Source: Roseomonas sp.
GTDB lineage: Bacteria > Pseudomonadota > Alphaproteobacteria > Acetobacterales > Acetobacteraceae
NCBI GenBank assembly: GCA_051007055.1
Contig: JBPCSO010000080.1
Location: forward strand, 2,702-66,701
Reading direction: 5' to 3'
DNA length: 64,000 bases
Shown: positions 8,882 through 20,500 of the stretch, in pieces
Layout of the letters: each line of letters starts with the position of its first letter
Position numbering within the stretch: the stretch's first letter is position 1
The notes under the pieces: generated by a model
What the model was told of the DNA's origin: nothing
Seen by the model: the letters and a program-made list of their open reading frames with translations, nothing else
The model's database searches: none
Made by a program: the position numbers and the translations under genes

Positions 8882-10921
8882 GTGGCCACCATCGCCGCCC
8901 CCGACGCGCCCAACCCCGCGCTCGCCGCCCAGGCGGCTATCCTCGCCCGTCCGCTCGATGATCCCCGCCGCATGGCCAATGCCATCCGGGCATTGGCGAT
9001 TGACGCGGTGGAGCAAGCCAAGTCGGGCCATCCCGGCATGCCCATGGGCATGGCCGATGCCGCAACCGCGCTTTTTACCGGCTTCCTGAAATATGACGCT
9101 GCCGACCCGCGCTGGCCGGACAGGGACCGCTTTGTCCTTTCCGCCGGCCATGGGTCCATGCTGCTCTATGCCCTGCTCCATCTGACGGGGCATGATGGGA
9201 TGGGGGCGGATGAGCTGAGGCGCTTCCGCCAGCTTCACTCCCCCGCCGCCGGCCATCCGGAATTCGGCGAACATCCGGCGATTGAAACCACCACCGGCCC
9301 GCTCGGCCAGGGGATTTCGACAGCCGTCGGTATGGCCATGGCGGAACGCATGATGGCGGCACGCTTTGGTACTTCCTTGGTGGATCACCGCACCTGGGTC
9401 ATCGCTTCCGATGGAGACCTTCAGGAAGGCATCGCGCATGAAGCCGCTGCCCTTGCCGGCCATTACGGGCTTTCCAAGCTGACGGTGCTTTGGGACGACA
9501 ACCACATCTCAATTGATGGCGACACCGCGCTGTCATTCTCTGAAGATGTGCTGAAGCGCTTCCAGGCTTATGGCTGGGCTGTGCGGCGCGTGGATGGGCA
9601 TGATGCGGGCGAATTGGCCGGCGCCATGTCCTGGGCCATGCGTAACCGCAAGCCCACGCTGATCGCCTGCCGGACCATCATCGGCCTTGGCGCGCCGACT
9701 AAGGCGGGCACGGCGGGCAGCCATGGCGCGCCTTTGGGCGCCGCTGAAGCTGCCGCTGCCAAACAGGCCTTGGGTTGGACCGCAGCGCCTTTTGAAGTGC
9801 CTGCGGATATCAAGGCGCTTTGGGAGGCTGCCGGGCGGCGCGGCGCGGGGGCGCGGCGTTCCTGGCTGAAGCGCATCGCCAAGCACCCGCAACGCGCCGA
9901 ATTCGAACGCGCCATGGCGGGCCGCCTGCCGGAAGCCTGGAATGAGGCGCTTTCCGCGCTCCGCACCCAAATCGCGGCTGATAAGCCGAAGTTGGCAACC
10001 CGTGTTTCCAGCCAGAAGGCGCTGGAAGCCCTGGTGCCATCCGTGCCGGAAATGGTTGGCGGTTCGGCGGATTTGACCGGTTCGAACAATACCAATGTGA
10101 AGGGCGTGCTGGCGATTACGCCGGGCAATTTCAGCGGTCGCTTTGTTCATTGGGGTGTGCGTGAACACGGCATGGCAGCCGCCATGAATGGCATGGCGCT
10201 GCATGGCGGCATAATTCCCTATAGCGGCACCTTCCTGGTATTCAGCGATTACCTGCGGCCCGCCGTGCGGCTGGCCGCGCTGATGCGCCAGCGCGTCATT
10301 CATGTGCTGACACATGATTCGATTGGCCTTGGCGAAGATGGACCGACGCACCAGCCGGTAGAACATATCGCTTCCTTCCGCGCCATGCCTAATGTGCATG
10401 TGTTCCGCCCAGCGGATGCGATGGAAACCGCCGAATGCTGGGAATTGGCGCTGCGCCGGGCCGATGGGCCATCCTTGCTCGCGCTGTCGCGCCAAAACCT
10501 GCCGACGCTCCGCACCGATACGGCAGAAAATCGCTCAGCCCGCGGTGGCTATGTGCTGGCGGAAGCCGATGGCGCGCGGCAGGCGACATTGATCGCAACC
10601 GGCAGCGAGGTCTCGCTCGCCATGACGGCGCGGGATACCTTGCAGGCCGCAGGTATTCCAACCGCCGTGGTGTCTTTGCCGTGCTGGGAGATCTTCGCCG
10701 CACAAGATGACGCCTATCGCGCCAGCGTGCTGGGCAGCGCGCCGCGCTTTGGCATTGAAGCCGCCATTGGCTTTGGCTGGGAACGCTGGCTTGGCGCCGA
10801 TGGCGTATTCATTGGCATGGCGGGCTTCGGCGCCTCGGCGCCCGCCGATGATTTGTTCAAGCATTTCGGCATCACGCCGGATGCGGTGGTTGAAGCCGTA
10901 CGCAAGCGGCTTGGGGTTTGA
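8882..10921 (+). CDS. tkt: Transketolase
   Basis: [35 protein letters not shown] and [16 protein letters not shown] motifs; GTG start is uncertain. Confidence 0.97.
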   Translation: MATIAAPDAPNPALAAQAAILARPLDDPRRMANAIRALAIDAVEQAKSGHPGMPMGMADAATALFTGFLKYDAADPRWPDRDRFVLSAGHGSMLLYALLHLTGHDGMGADELRRFRQLHSPAAGHPEFGEHPAIETTTGPLGQGISTAVGMAMAERMMAARFGTSLVDHRTWVIASDGDLQEGIAHEAAALAGHYGLSKLTVLWDDNHISIDGDTALSFSEDVLKRFQAYGWAVRRVDGHDAGELAGAMSWAMRNRKPTLIACRTIIGLGAPTKAGTAGSHGAPLGAAEAAAAKQALGWTAAPFEVPADIKALWEAAGRRGAGARRSWLKRIAKHPQRAEFERAMAGRLPEAWNEALSALRTQIAADKPKLATRVSSQKALEALVPSVPEMVGGSADLTGSNNTNVKGVLAITPGNFSGRFVHWGVREHGMAAAMNGMALHGGIIPYSGTFLVFSDYLRPAVRLAALMRQRVIHVLTHDSIGLGEDGPTHQPVEHIASFRAMPNVHVFRPADAMETAECWELALRRADGPSLLALSRQNLPTLRTDTAENRSARGGYVLAEADGARQATLIATGSEVSLAMTARDTLQAAGIPTAVVSLPCWEIFAAQDDAYRASVLGSAPRFGIEAAIGFGWERWLGADGVFIGMAGFGASAPADDLFKHFGITPDAVVEAVRKRLGV

Positions 10922-10950
10922 TTTCAGTTTCTTTGGGGAAGGAAAAGATT

Positions 10951-11967
10951 ATGGCCGTCAAGGTTGCCATCAATGGGTTCGGGCGCATCGGGCGCCTGGT
11001 GCTGCGCGCGATGATTGAAAGCAATCGCCGCGATGTGGAATGCGTCGCCATCAATGACCTCGGCAGCGTGGAAGCCAATGCGCATCTGTTCCGGTATGAC
11101 AGTGTGCATGGCCGCTTCCCCGGTGAGGTTGCTGTGGATGGCAACAAGATCATCATCACCGCCAATGGCCGCACCTATGCACCGATCACCGTGAGCGCCG
11201 AGCGTGACCCGACCAAGGTGCCCTTCCAAGGTGTTGATGTCGCCATGGAATGCACCGGCATTTTCACCAGCAAGGAAAAGGCCTCCGCGCTGATCACGGC
11301 AGGTGCGCGCAAGGTGGTGATTTCCGCCCCCGGCGATAATGCGGATGCGACCATTGTCTATGGCGTCAATCACAAGACGCTGACGAAAGACATGACGGTG
11401 ATTTCCAACGCGTCTTGCACCACCAATTGCCTGGCGCCCGTGGCCAAGGTGCTGCATGAGAATTTTGGTATTCTGCGCGGCTATATGGTGACGATCCACG
11501 CCTACACGGGCGATCAGAACACCGTGGATACGCTACATAAGGATCTGCACCGCGCCCGCGCGGCGGCGGTTTCCGCAATCCCGACCTCGACCGGTGCGGC
11601 CAAGGCCGTTGGCCTCGTGATGCCGGAATTGAAGGGCAAGCTAGATGGCACGGCCATTCGCATCCCAACGCCCAATGTATCGCTCGTGTCGCTCGATTTC
11701 GTGCCCGCCAAGGAAGGTGTGACGAAGGAGGCTGTGAATGCCGCGATGAAGGCGGCGGCTGAAGGCGAATTGAAGGGCATTCTGGGTTACAATACCGAAC
11801 CGCTGGTCAGCATTGATTTCAACCACAACCCGGCTTCTTCCACCTTTGATGCGACGCAGACGCAGGTGGTGGATGGCGGGCTGGTGCGCGTGCTGTCCTG
11901 GTATGACAATGAATGGGGTTTTTCGAACCGCATGAGCGATACTGCGGCCTTGTTCGGTTCACTTTGA
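10951..11967 (+). CDS. gap: Type I glyceraldehyde-3-phosphate dehydrogenase
   Basis: [18 protein letters not shown] and WYDNEWGFS motifs; ATG at 10951 after GGAAGGA. Confidence 0.98.
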   Translation: MAVKVAINGFGRIGRLVLRAMIESNRRDVECVAINDLGSVEANAHLFRYDSVHGRFPGEVAVDGNKIIITANGRTYAPITVSAERDPTKVPFQGVDVAMECTGIFTSKEKASALITAGARKVVISAPGDNADATIVYGVNHKTLTKDMTVISNASCTTNCLAPVAKVLHENFGILRGYMVTIHAYTGDQNTVDTLHKDLHRARAAAVSAIPTSTGAAKAVGLVMPELKGKLDGTAIRIPTPNVSLVSLDFVPAKEGVTKEAVNAAMKAAAEGELKGILGYNTEPLVSIDFNHNPASSTFDATQTQVVDGGLVRVLSWYDNEWGFSNRMSDTAALFGSL

Positions 11968-12025
11968 ATTAGTTTTACGGGGCAGCGCGCCACGTGCTGC
12001 CCCACCACTGCCCGAGGGTTCCATC

Positions 12026-13213
12026 ATGGCTTTCAAGACAATTGATGCGCTTCCCCCCAAGGGTCAGCGCGTATTGCTGCGCGCAGATTTGAATGTGCCG
12101 GTCAAGGATGGCCGCATCACGGATAGCACCCGCATCGAACGGCTGTGCCCGACCATCGCGGAATTGGCGCAGAAGGGTGCGCGCGTTGTGGTACTGAGCC
12201 ATTTTGATCGGCCCAAAGGCAAGCGCGTGCCGGAAATGTCCTTGAAGCCCATGCGGGAAGCGCTGGCGGCGGCGCTGAACCGTCCCGTCGCTTGGTGCGA
12301 TGATTGCGTGGGTGAAGCCGCCGAAGCGGCTGTGGCAGCGCTGGCAGATGGCGGTGTGTTGCTGCTGGAAAACACGCGCTTTCATGCCGGTGAGGAAAAG
12401 AATGACCCCGCCATGGCGGCAGCGCTGGCCAAGCTCGGCGATGCTTTTGTGAATGATGCGTTTTCGGCAGCGCATCGCGCCCATGCCAGCACGGAAGGGG
12501 TGGCGCGCCTGCTGCCCGCCTATGCCGGGCGGTTGATGGAAGCGGAATTGAAGGCGCTGGATGCGGCGCTCGGCAATCCCGCACGGCCCGTTGTGGCCAT
12601 TGTGGGGGGTGCGAAGGTTTCGACCAAACTTGAATTGCTCGGCAATCTTTGCAACAAGGTGGATGTGTTGGTGATTGGCGGCGCCATGGCCAATACCTTC
12701 CTGGCGGCGCAGGGCCATGGAATGGGCAAATCCCTGCAAGAAGCCGAAATGCACGAAACCGCACGCCAGATCATGGAGCAGGCGAAGGCCGCGAAGTGCG
12801 AAATCCTGCTGCCGGGTGACCTGGTGGTGGCCGAGGAATTCCGCGCCAATCCGCCAACGCGCACCGTTGGCGTCAATGCCGTGCCGGCAACTATGATGGC
12901 TTTGGATGTCGGGCCGCAAAGCGTTGCCTCCTTGGAAGCGCGGCTCCGCACCGCTTCCACCCTGGTCTGGAATGGCCCGCTTGGCGCGTTCGAGACGGCA
13001 CCCTTTGATGCGGCGACAGTGGCGGCGGCGCAAACGGTTGCGGCGCTCACGCAATCCGGCGCGCTGAAATCCATCGCGGGCGGGGGTGATACCGTCGCCG
13101 CACTCCGCCATGCCGGCGTGCTGGAACGCATGAGCTATGTCTCGACCGCCGGCGGCGCCTTCCTGGAATGGCTGGAAGGCAAGGAATTGCCGGGGGTCGC
13201 TGCGCTGGGGTGA
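12026..13213 (+). CDS. pgk: Phosphoglycerate kinase
   Basis: [28 protein letters not shown] and [14 protein letters not shown] motifs. Confidence 0.98.
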   Translation: MAFKTIDALPPKGQRVLLRADLNVPVKDGRITDSTRIERLCPTIAELAQKGARVVVLSHFDRPKGKRVPEMSLKPMREALAAALNRPVAWCDDCVGEAAEAAVAALADGGVLLLENTRFHAGEEKNDPAMAAALAKLGDAFVNDAFSAAHRAHASTEGVARLLPAYAGRLMEAELKALDAALGNPARPVVAIVGGAKVSTKLELLGNLCNKVDVLVIGGAMANTFLAAQGHGMGKSLQEAEMHETARQIMEQAKAAKCEILLPGDLVVAEEFRANPPTRTVGVNAVPATMMALDVGPQSVASLEARLRTASTLVWNGPLGAFETAPFDAATVAAAQTVAALTQSGALKSIAGGGDTVAALRHAGVLERMSYVSTAGGAFLEWLEGKELPGVAALG

Positions 13214-13267
13214 TGGCCAAGGCCACGCAACGCGCCTCATTGCACCCATATGCGCGCCCAGCGGCGC

Positions 13268-14560
13268 CTAAGCTGCGTCGGCCCGAATGGCGATCAATGC
13301 GGTGATGGTGGCGCGGATATCGGCCTCGGCATGTTCGCTGGAAAGAAAAAAGCGCAGCCGCGCGGCCTTTTCAGCAACCGCCGGGTAGATGATGGGCTGC
13401 ACATTGATCCCGCGCGCGAAAAGTAACTGCGCGTAACGCGCCGCCGCGATTGAAGACCCTAATATCACCGGAATAATCGCATGGGCTCTGGCGCTGCCTG
13501 TATCAAACCCAGCCTCTCGCGCCAGCCCTAGGAAAAGCGCTGCATTGGCTTGCAGCCGCGCCACACGCTCTGGTTCCGCCTGCACTATGGCAAGGCTTTC
13601 CAAAGCCGCCGCCGCCAGCGCGGGTGCCAGACCAACAGAATAGACAAAGCCCGGCGCGGAATGGCGCAGCCATTCAATCAGGCTGGCATTACCGGCGATA
13701 TAACCACCGCAAGCCGACAGTGTTTTGGAAAGCGTGCCCATCCAGATATCAACCTCATTCGGGTCAATACCGAAATGCTCATGCAGGCCATGGCCGCGCG
13801 CGCCAACCACGCCAAGCGCATGCGCTTCATCCACCATCAGCCAGGCGTCATGGCGTCGCGCCATTTCAATGAAGCGGGGCAAGTCGGGGATATCGCCATC
13901 CATGGAATAATGGCCTTCAATCACCAAAAGCGCGCGCCGCGCACTGCGCCGCGCTTCGGCAAGCGCTGCCTCTGCCGCGCGCCAATCATTATGCGCGAAG
14001 GAAAGCCGCTTGGCGCCAGAAAGCCTGGCCCCTTCGGTGCAGGAATTATGAATGGCCGCGTCATGCACAATCAAATCGCGCGGCCCAAGCATATGCCCAA
14101 TCACCGTGACATTCGTGGCGTGGCCTGAAACAAAAACAAGCGCTGCCTGAGCCTGATAATGCGCGGCCAAAGCAGCTTCCAAAGCGCCATGCAGCGGCCT
14201 TTCGCCGGAAACCATGCGTGATGCTGAAGCGGAAACGCCATACTGGTCTATCGCCGCCTTGGCTGCCGCCTGCACGCGGGCGTCACCATTCAGGCCAAGG
14301 TAGTTGTAGGACCCGAAATTGATCACCTCCCGCCCGGCAATGACACTATGGGCAGAGGCTATCCCCTCATGCGCGCGGAAGAAGGGGTTTTCCAATTCAA
14401 GGCTGGCCGCGGCATCACGGATCAGCGCCATTTCACGCTGGCCCGGCAATTCACGAAAACCGCGCGGCGCTTCCGGTGCCGGCGCATCCTCTCGCCGGCG
14501 CGTCAGGCGGGCCAGCAGCGCCGCGCGCGCGGCAGCGGAAAGGCCAAAGCCGCTATTCAT
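13268..14560 (-). CDS. PLP-dependent alpha-oxoamine synthase (AONS/SPT class II aminotransferase fold; WcbT/RkpG-like)
   Basis: NFGSYNYLGL, HNS, VDEAH and GTLSK (PLP lysine) motifs; ATGA overlap with the PKS stop codon. Confidence 0.9.
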   Translation of the reverse strand: MNSGFGLSAAARAALLARLTRRREDAPAPEAPRGFRELPGQREMALIRDAAASLELENPFFRAHEGIASAHSVIAGREVINFGSYNYLGLNGDARVQAAAKAAIDQYGVSASASRMVSGERPLHGALEAALAAHYQAQAALVFVSGHATNVTVIGHMLGPRDLIVHDAAIHNSCTEGARLSGAKRLSFAHNDWRAAEAALAEARRSARRALLVIEGHYSMDGDIPDLPRFIEMARRHDAWLMVDEAHALGVVGARGHGLHEHFGIDPNEVDIWMGTLSKTLSACGGYIAGNASLIEWLRHSAPGFVYSVGLAPALAAAALESLAIVQAEPERVARLQANAALFLGLAREAGFDTGSARAHAIIPVILGSSIAAARYAQLLFARGINVQPIIYPAVAEKAARLRFFLSSEHAEADIRATITALIAIRADAA

Positions 14561-17500
14561 GGCGCTGCCGCAGGTTCATGGGTTTCCATCAGCGCTTCGA
14601 CCGTTGCGCCCTCGGTATCATCCTTGAACAGCACGCCCGCCACACGCTGCACCAATAACGCCAAGGTCAAATCCTCGGTCACCGCAGTTAACGGCACACT
14701 GATCCCAAGGCGGCGTTCCAAAGCCATGCGCAATTCAATGCCGCCAAGCGAATCAAGCCCAAGCCCAGGAAGTGGCTGATCCACGCGCACCGCTTCGGGC
14801 GGCAGGCGCAGGATGCGCGCCATTTCTTCCCGCGCGAGCGCCAGCAATTCCGCCCGCGCTGCCTCTGGCGCCATGGCCAAAAGCCGTGCGCGCAAAGCCG
14901 CGCCATCTGTTTCCTGCGATGCCATGCGCGTGCCCAGTGCCGCATAGGCGGGCTCGGCCAAAATCGGCAGCGCCGCCTGCATCCCGCCCCAATTCATGCG
15001 CGCCAGATGAATCACGGGCGCGCCAGCGCCGATCAGCACCGGAAGGGTGGCAAGGGCTTCCTGCGCGACGATAGGCTTGGCGCCGCTCAAGCGTTCAAGT
15101 TTTTCCGCGGCGGCAGCTTCGCGCGTCAGCACGCCAGCATCAGCGATTGGCCCCCACCCGACTGCAAGCGCGGGCTTGCCTTGCGCGTGGCGCCGCCGCG
15201 CCAAGCCTTCCAAGGCGGCATTGGCGGCGACGTAATTCGCCTGGCCCGGATTACCGAAGGCCGTGGTTGCTGAAGAAAACAGCAGGAACAAATGCAAGGG
15301 ATCATCAGCCGTCAGCGCTTCCAAAGCCTCGGCCACCGCAAGCTTTGGCGCCAGCACGCGCGCGAAGCTTGCGCCATCCTGCCGCGCCGCCGCGCCATCA
15401 GCGAAGGCCGCCGCCGCTTGCACCACACCGCGCAAGGGCGCGCCTTCAGTGCGGAGCGCGGCCAGAACGCCGCCGAGTGCCACGCGGTCCGTCGCATCAC
15501 AGGCATGGGCGCTGGCGCGTGCGCCAAGGGCGGCCAAAACGCGCAAGGCTGCATCCATGCCCGGTGTGGCCGCACCGCGACGGGACAGAAGGGCAATGCG
15601 CCTTGCCCCCACCGCCGCCAGCCATTTGGCGCATTCCAAGCCAAAGCCCTGTGTGCCGCCCAGCACCACATAGGCCCCAGCTTCATCCGGTTGCCAGGAC
15701 GCGGCGCTTTTCGCGCTTGGTTCGGGTGGCCTGATCACCAGCTTGCCGATATGGGAAGATGCCTGAAGCTGACGGAAAGCAGCTTCCGCTTCACGCGCCG
15801 GGAAGGCGCGATAGGGCAAGGGCGTCAGCGCGCCATCCGCCAGCCGCGCGGCAATATCGCGCAGCAATGCCTCAGCCAGTGCAGGCCGCGCGCGCGGTAG
15901 CGCATCCGCATCCACGGCGAAATAACTGATATTGCAGCGGAAGGCGCCAAGCCCTGCGCGCCGGCCCTCGGCGAAGTCGCGCTTGCCCAATTCAATGAAG
16001 CGCCCAAACGGGGTTAGCAACGCCAGGCTTCTTTCCATGGCAAGGCCGGCCAAGGAATTCAGCACCACCTCCACCCCATCCGGCCAGACAGCACGCAGCG
16101 CATCGGCAAAGCCAGCATCGCGGCTATCCAGCACCAAATTGGCACCAAGCTGGCGCAGAAAGGCGCGCTTTTCTGGGCTGCCGGCGGTAGCCGCCACAAG
16201 GGCGCCAGCCGCCTTGGCGATTTGTAGCGCGGCCAAACCAACGCCACCCGCCCCGCCATGAATCAACACCCGTTCACCTGGGCGTAGCCGGGCGAGGGTT
16301 TCCAGCGAATAGGCAGCCGTGATGAAGGCAACCGGGATGGTCGCCGCCGCTTCCGCGCTCATGCCCGGCGGCAAGGGCTGCAGCGCCTCGGCCCGCGTCA
16401 GCGCATGCGTCGCAAAGGCCGCTGGCGCAAAGCCAAAAACCTGCGCACCGGGGGCAAGCCCAACACCCGGCCCGACTTCTTCCACAATGCCGGCGCATTC
16501 CATGCCGAGGCTCGGCCCCGCAAAGCCATCCATCAGCATGTCTTCCGGCAGCAGCCCCTGCGCCCACATCACATCGCGGAAATTCAGCCCCGTCGCGCTC
16601 ACGCGCAGCCGTACCTCGCCCGGGCCGGGTTTGGGCAAGGCGCTGATGCCGCTCCAGCCGAGGCTCGCCAATTGCCCAGGCTGGCCAATAGCCAATTGTG
16701 CCGGAAAGGCGGGCGCTGCCACGGGCAAGCCAGACCGCAGGACCGGCGTGAAACGCCCGCGCGCGGTAAGGCTGATCTCCGGCGCGTCACCGTCCCATTC
16801 GGCCAGAATGCTGAGCGCGGCTGCCTCAGGCGCCAAGCCCTGCGCAATCATCACTCGGCGCGGCTTCAGCCCGGGCATTTCATTGGTGAGCACCCGGCCA
16901 AGCCCAATCAGCCCCGCCGCGCGGGCTTCCTCGGCCTCAGCGACCATCATCAGGCTCCGGGCCACGCCATCCGCCGCCGCTGCCAGCGCGGTCATGGCCG
17001 CCAGCGCCCTGGCCGCGTCCGCCATGCCCGTCAGAGCCAGCACATCTGCGCCGCGCAAGGCTTTCGGGGGCGGGATTTCGCCCAGGTGCAAGATGGCGGG
17101 CCGCTGACCCGGCGCGTGCCGCGCGGCCAAGGCTTCCGCCAAGGGCATGGTCTCGGCATCGGTAAAGATCACACTTGGCCCAGCGCCATCCCGGGCGACC
17201 TCCGTGGGCTTCACTGAGGGGTTCTGGCCAGAGATCAACAGTGCCGGCCAGGGGGCGGATTGCAGCGCCTGAACCTCCGCACCCTGCCAGACCGCGACAC
17301 CAAGCGCGGCGCGCCAAGCGGCGGCATCGGGCAGCGCGCCATCCGGATTATCCCGCCACCAGGCGGCGTCCTGCCCTAGCGTGAAGCCCCAAAGCGCCCC
17401 AGGCGCAGGTTCGGCCAGCAGCAGCACCGCGCCTGGCGCGGCCTGGGCAGTGAGCCCTTCCAGCAGCGCCACCCCATGCCGCCCTAGCGCCGCCGGCGCC

Positions 17501-20500
17501 AAGCCCAGGATCACATCGGCCTTGTCCGCCTGGGCAGCGGTGGCGTTCAGGCTTTCCCAGCCATCCCAGCGCATGGCCACAGCTTCCGGCATCGTACCCG
17601 CAAAGCCGGCCAGGGCCTCACCAATCGCCCGATACTGGATGCGCCGACCGCTTGCGCCAAGCAGCGCCAAGGCGCCACGCGTCAGAGCCCCGCCCGCACC
17701 AAGTTCCAATACCCTGAGCGGCCTATCCTGCGGCCAAGACCCCGCCAAAGCACCAAGCCCAGCCAAGATTGGTTGAGCCAAACCCTGCATCGCCCCACCC
17801 ATGGCGGGCGGCGGTGGCGCCACAAGCGCCTCACCACGCAAGGCCGGGATCACTTGCTCGCCCGCCCGCGCCAGCCACGCCAGATCAAGCGCAAGCCCTG
17901 GTTGTTCCGCCAGCACAGCGCGCCAGATCGCTTCGGGCGGCGGCAGGGGCTGGTCTTCAATAATGCGCCAACCCTCAGCCAGGGGTTCCGCAGCGCCGGC
18001 CAGCGCCAGCATGCGCCATAGCGCAGCGCGATAGGGGCTTGGCGGCGCCGCGTTATCGCGCAGCGCCGGCAGCGCCAGGGCAGCCAGAAAGGCTTCCAAC
18101 AGCAGCGCGGCCTCGCTCAATGGTGCGGTCTGATCCTGCTTCAGAATTGCTGCAATGATGGGCTCAAGATCAAGCGATGCGGGCGCGCCGTGCAGCGGCA
18201 GGCTCGGCACCGGGTCAAGCCGGAAAGCCAAGTTTTCCAGCTTTTCCCGCCCTGGGCGCGGGACGCGCTGAAACCAGATATCCTCGATCCTGGCCACCAT
18301 GGCGCCAGCGGCATCGCGCAGCGTCAGGCTGGCGGCGAAAAGCCTGGCGCCGCGCCGACCGGGGGTGATTTCGGCGGAAGCGATGGGGGCCGCATCGCGC
18401 CGGGCGCAAAGCCGGCCAATGCGCACGGGAATAATCGCCTCATCAGCGCCCAAGCCTTGCCCGAGCATCAGGGCGAAAAGCCCCTGCAAGGCGCCATCCA
18501 GCAGGGCGGGGTGGAGCATGAAGCCGGCATGATCCGGCGCGGCTTCCGGCAGGCGCAGCCGCGCAAGTGCCACCCCGGCGGCGCCATCCACCTCGACCTG
18601 CTCCAGACTTTGAAAGGCCGGGCCGTAATCAAGGCCATGGCGCGCGGCGAAGGCCAAAACCTCGGCCCCCGGCACCTTCCGTGTCTTGGTCAGCGCGCAT
18701 GCCGGCGCGGCAGGCAGGCGCAGCAGGGCGGCCAGCCTTGCGCGGGCACAAAGGGCGAAATCATCCTCGGCCAGGCGCGGGCGGGCTTCCAGGGTGAAGC
18801 CGCCTTCGCCATCCGCCGCGAAGCGCAATTCCGCCATGCTGTCCTTGGCGAGCGAAACGGGGCGGAGAATGGCAAGATCACTGACTTCCAGAACCGGCGC
18901 ATCCGGATGGAAAAGCGCCGCGGCGGCCAAGGCGGCTTCGGCCATGGCGGCGGCGGGCAGCACGGCATCACCAAACAGCCTGTGATCGCCAAGCCAGGGC
19001 ATGGCGGTGGTATCCAGCCATTGCGTCCAGAGCCCAGGCACCGCGCCGCGCCGGAAACCCAGCAATGGATGATCCTGCGCCAAATCAGTCAGCCGCGCGC
19101 TTTCCACCGTGCGCTGGAACCAGATGGATCGGCGCGCAAACGGCGTGCGCGGCAGTGCTTTACGCTCGGCCACGCCCCGAAAGCCAGGGGCTGAACGCGG
19201 ATCAGCACCTGCGGCAATGGCGCGATCCGCAATGAGCGGAAAGGGATCGCCCGGCGGATCTTGGCGCTTCAGGCTGGAAAGTATTGCCGCTTCCACGGCT
19301 TCGGCGCGCAGCGTCTCTCGCAGATAATTCTGCAAAACCGGCGCAGGGCCGATTTCCAGGAAAAGCCGCGCACCCTGCCGCGCCGCTTCTGCCACCGCGT
19401 CCTGAAAACACACGGGTTCGCGCAGATTGCGCCACCAATACTGGCCCCCTGCTTCCGCCCCTACCAAGGGCTTGCCAGTGACCGAGGAAATCATCGGGCA
19501 AGTCCCTGGCTGCGTGACCATGCCTGCCAGATCATCCAATAGCCCAGCCCGCACCTGGTCCATCGCCGCGCTATGGAAGGCGTAGTCCAGATCAAGCGGA
19601 ATCGCGACCAGCCGCGCCGCTTCCGCTGCCTGGCACAGCCGTGCAATCGCCATCGCCGGGCCCGCGATAGTGAGCGCCGCCGGCGCATTGATTGCTGCGA
19701 TTTCAAGCCCCGGGCCGCATTCTTCCAGCATTGGCGCAATGGCTTCCGGCGTTGCGCCAATCGCCGCCATGCGCCCTGTGCCGCGCGTGGCATGCTGATG
19801 GCGGCTGCGCGCCACAATCAGCGCCGCCGCCTGATCAAGCGAGAGTATCCCCGCCGCCTGTGCCGCCGCCACTTCGCCGACCGAATGGCCGATCACCACA
19901 TCAGGCGTGATGCCTTGTTCGGCCAGCGCCGCCAAAACACCGATCTGCACCGCGAAAAGCAAAGGCTGGGCAAGATCTGTCCCCGCAAGTTGCGCTTCGC
20001 TTATACCTGCCTTGATCAGCGCGGCGGGTGAAACGCCAAGCTGTGGCGCCAGCGCGGCATCGGCGGCGAGTACACCACGGCGAAAGGCGGATGAAGCGCG
20101 AAAGGCTTCCCGCGCCATGCCCAAATGCTGGGCGCCATTACCGCTGAAGACAAATGCAGTGCCGCCGCTGACCGCGACCCCTTGCGCCGCACTCGTCTCA
20201 CGCTCCCCTGCCCCCCAGGCAGCCAGGCGCTGGGCTAGCGCCGCGCCATCGGCCCCGCGTAGCACAAGCCGATGCGGCGCCAGGTCCCGATACCGCGCCT
20301 GACCGCGCGCGAGTGCCGCAGTGCGCGCGGCATCGGCGCCCGCCAGCGCATCGCGCCATGATGCCACCGCAAGCCTGAGCGCTTCGGCAGAGCGCGCCGA
20401 GAGAATAAGCGGCGGCGCGCCCTTGGCCGCCGCAGGGCGGAGCGTGCGCGGATTTGGCGCGCGGCCCAAAATGGCTGCGGCATTGGTGCCGCCAAAGCCG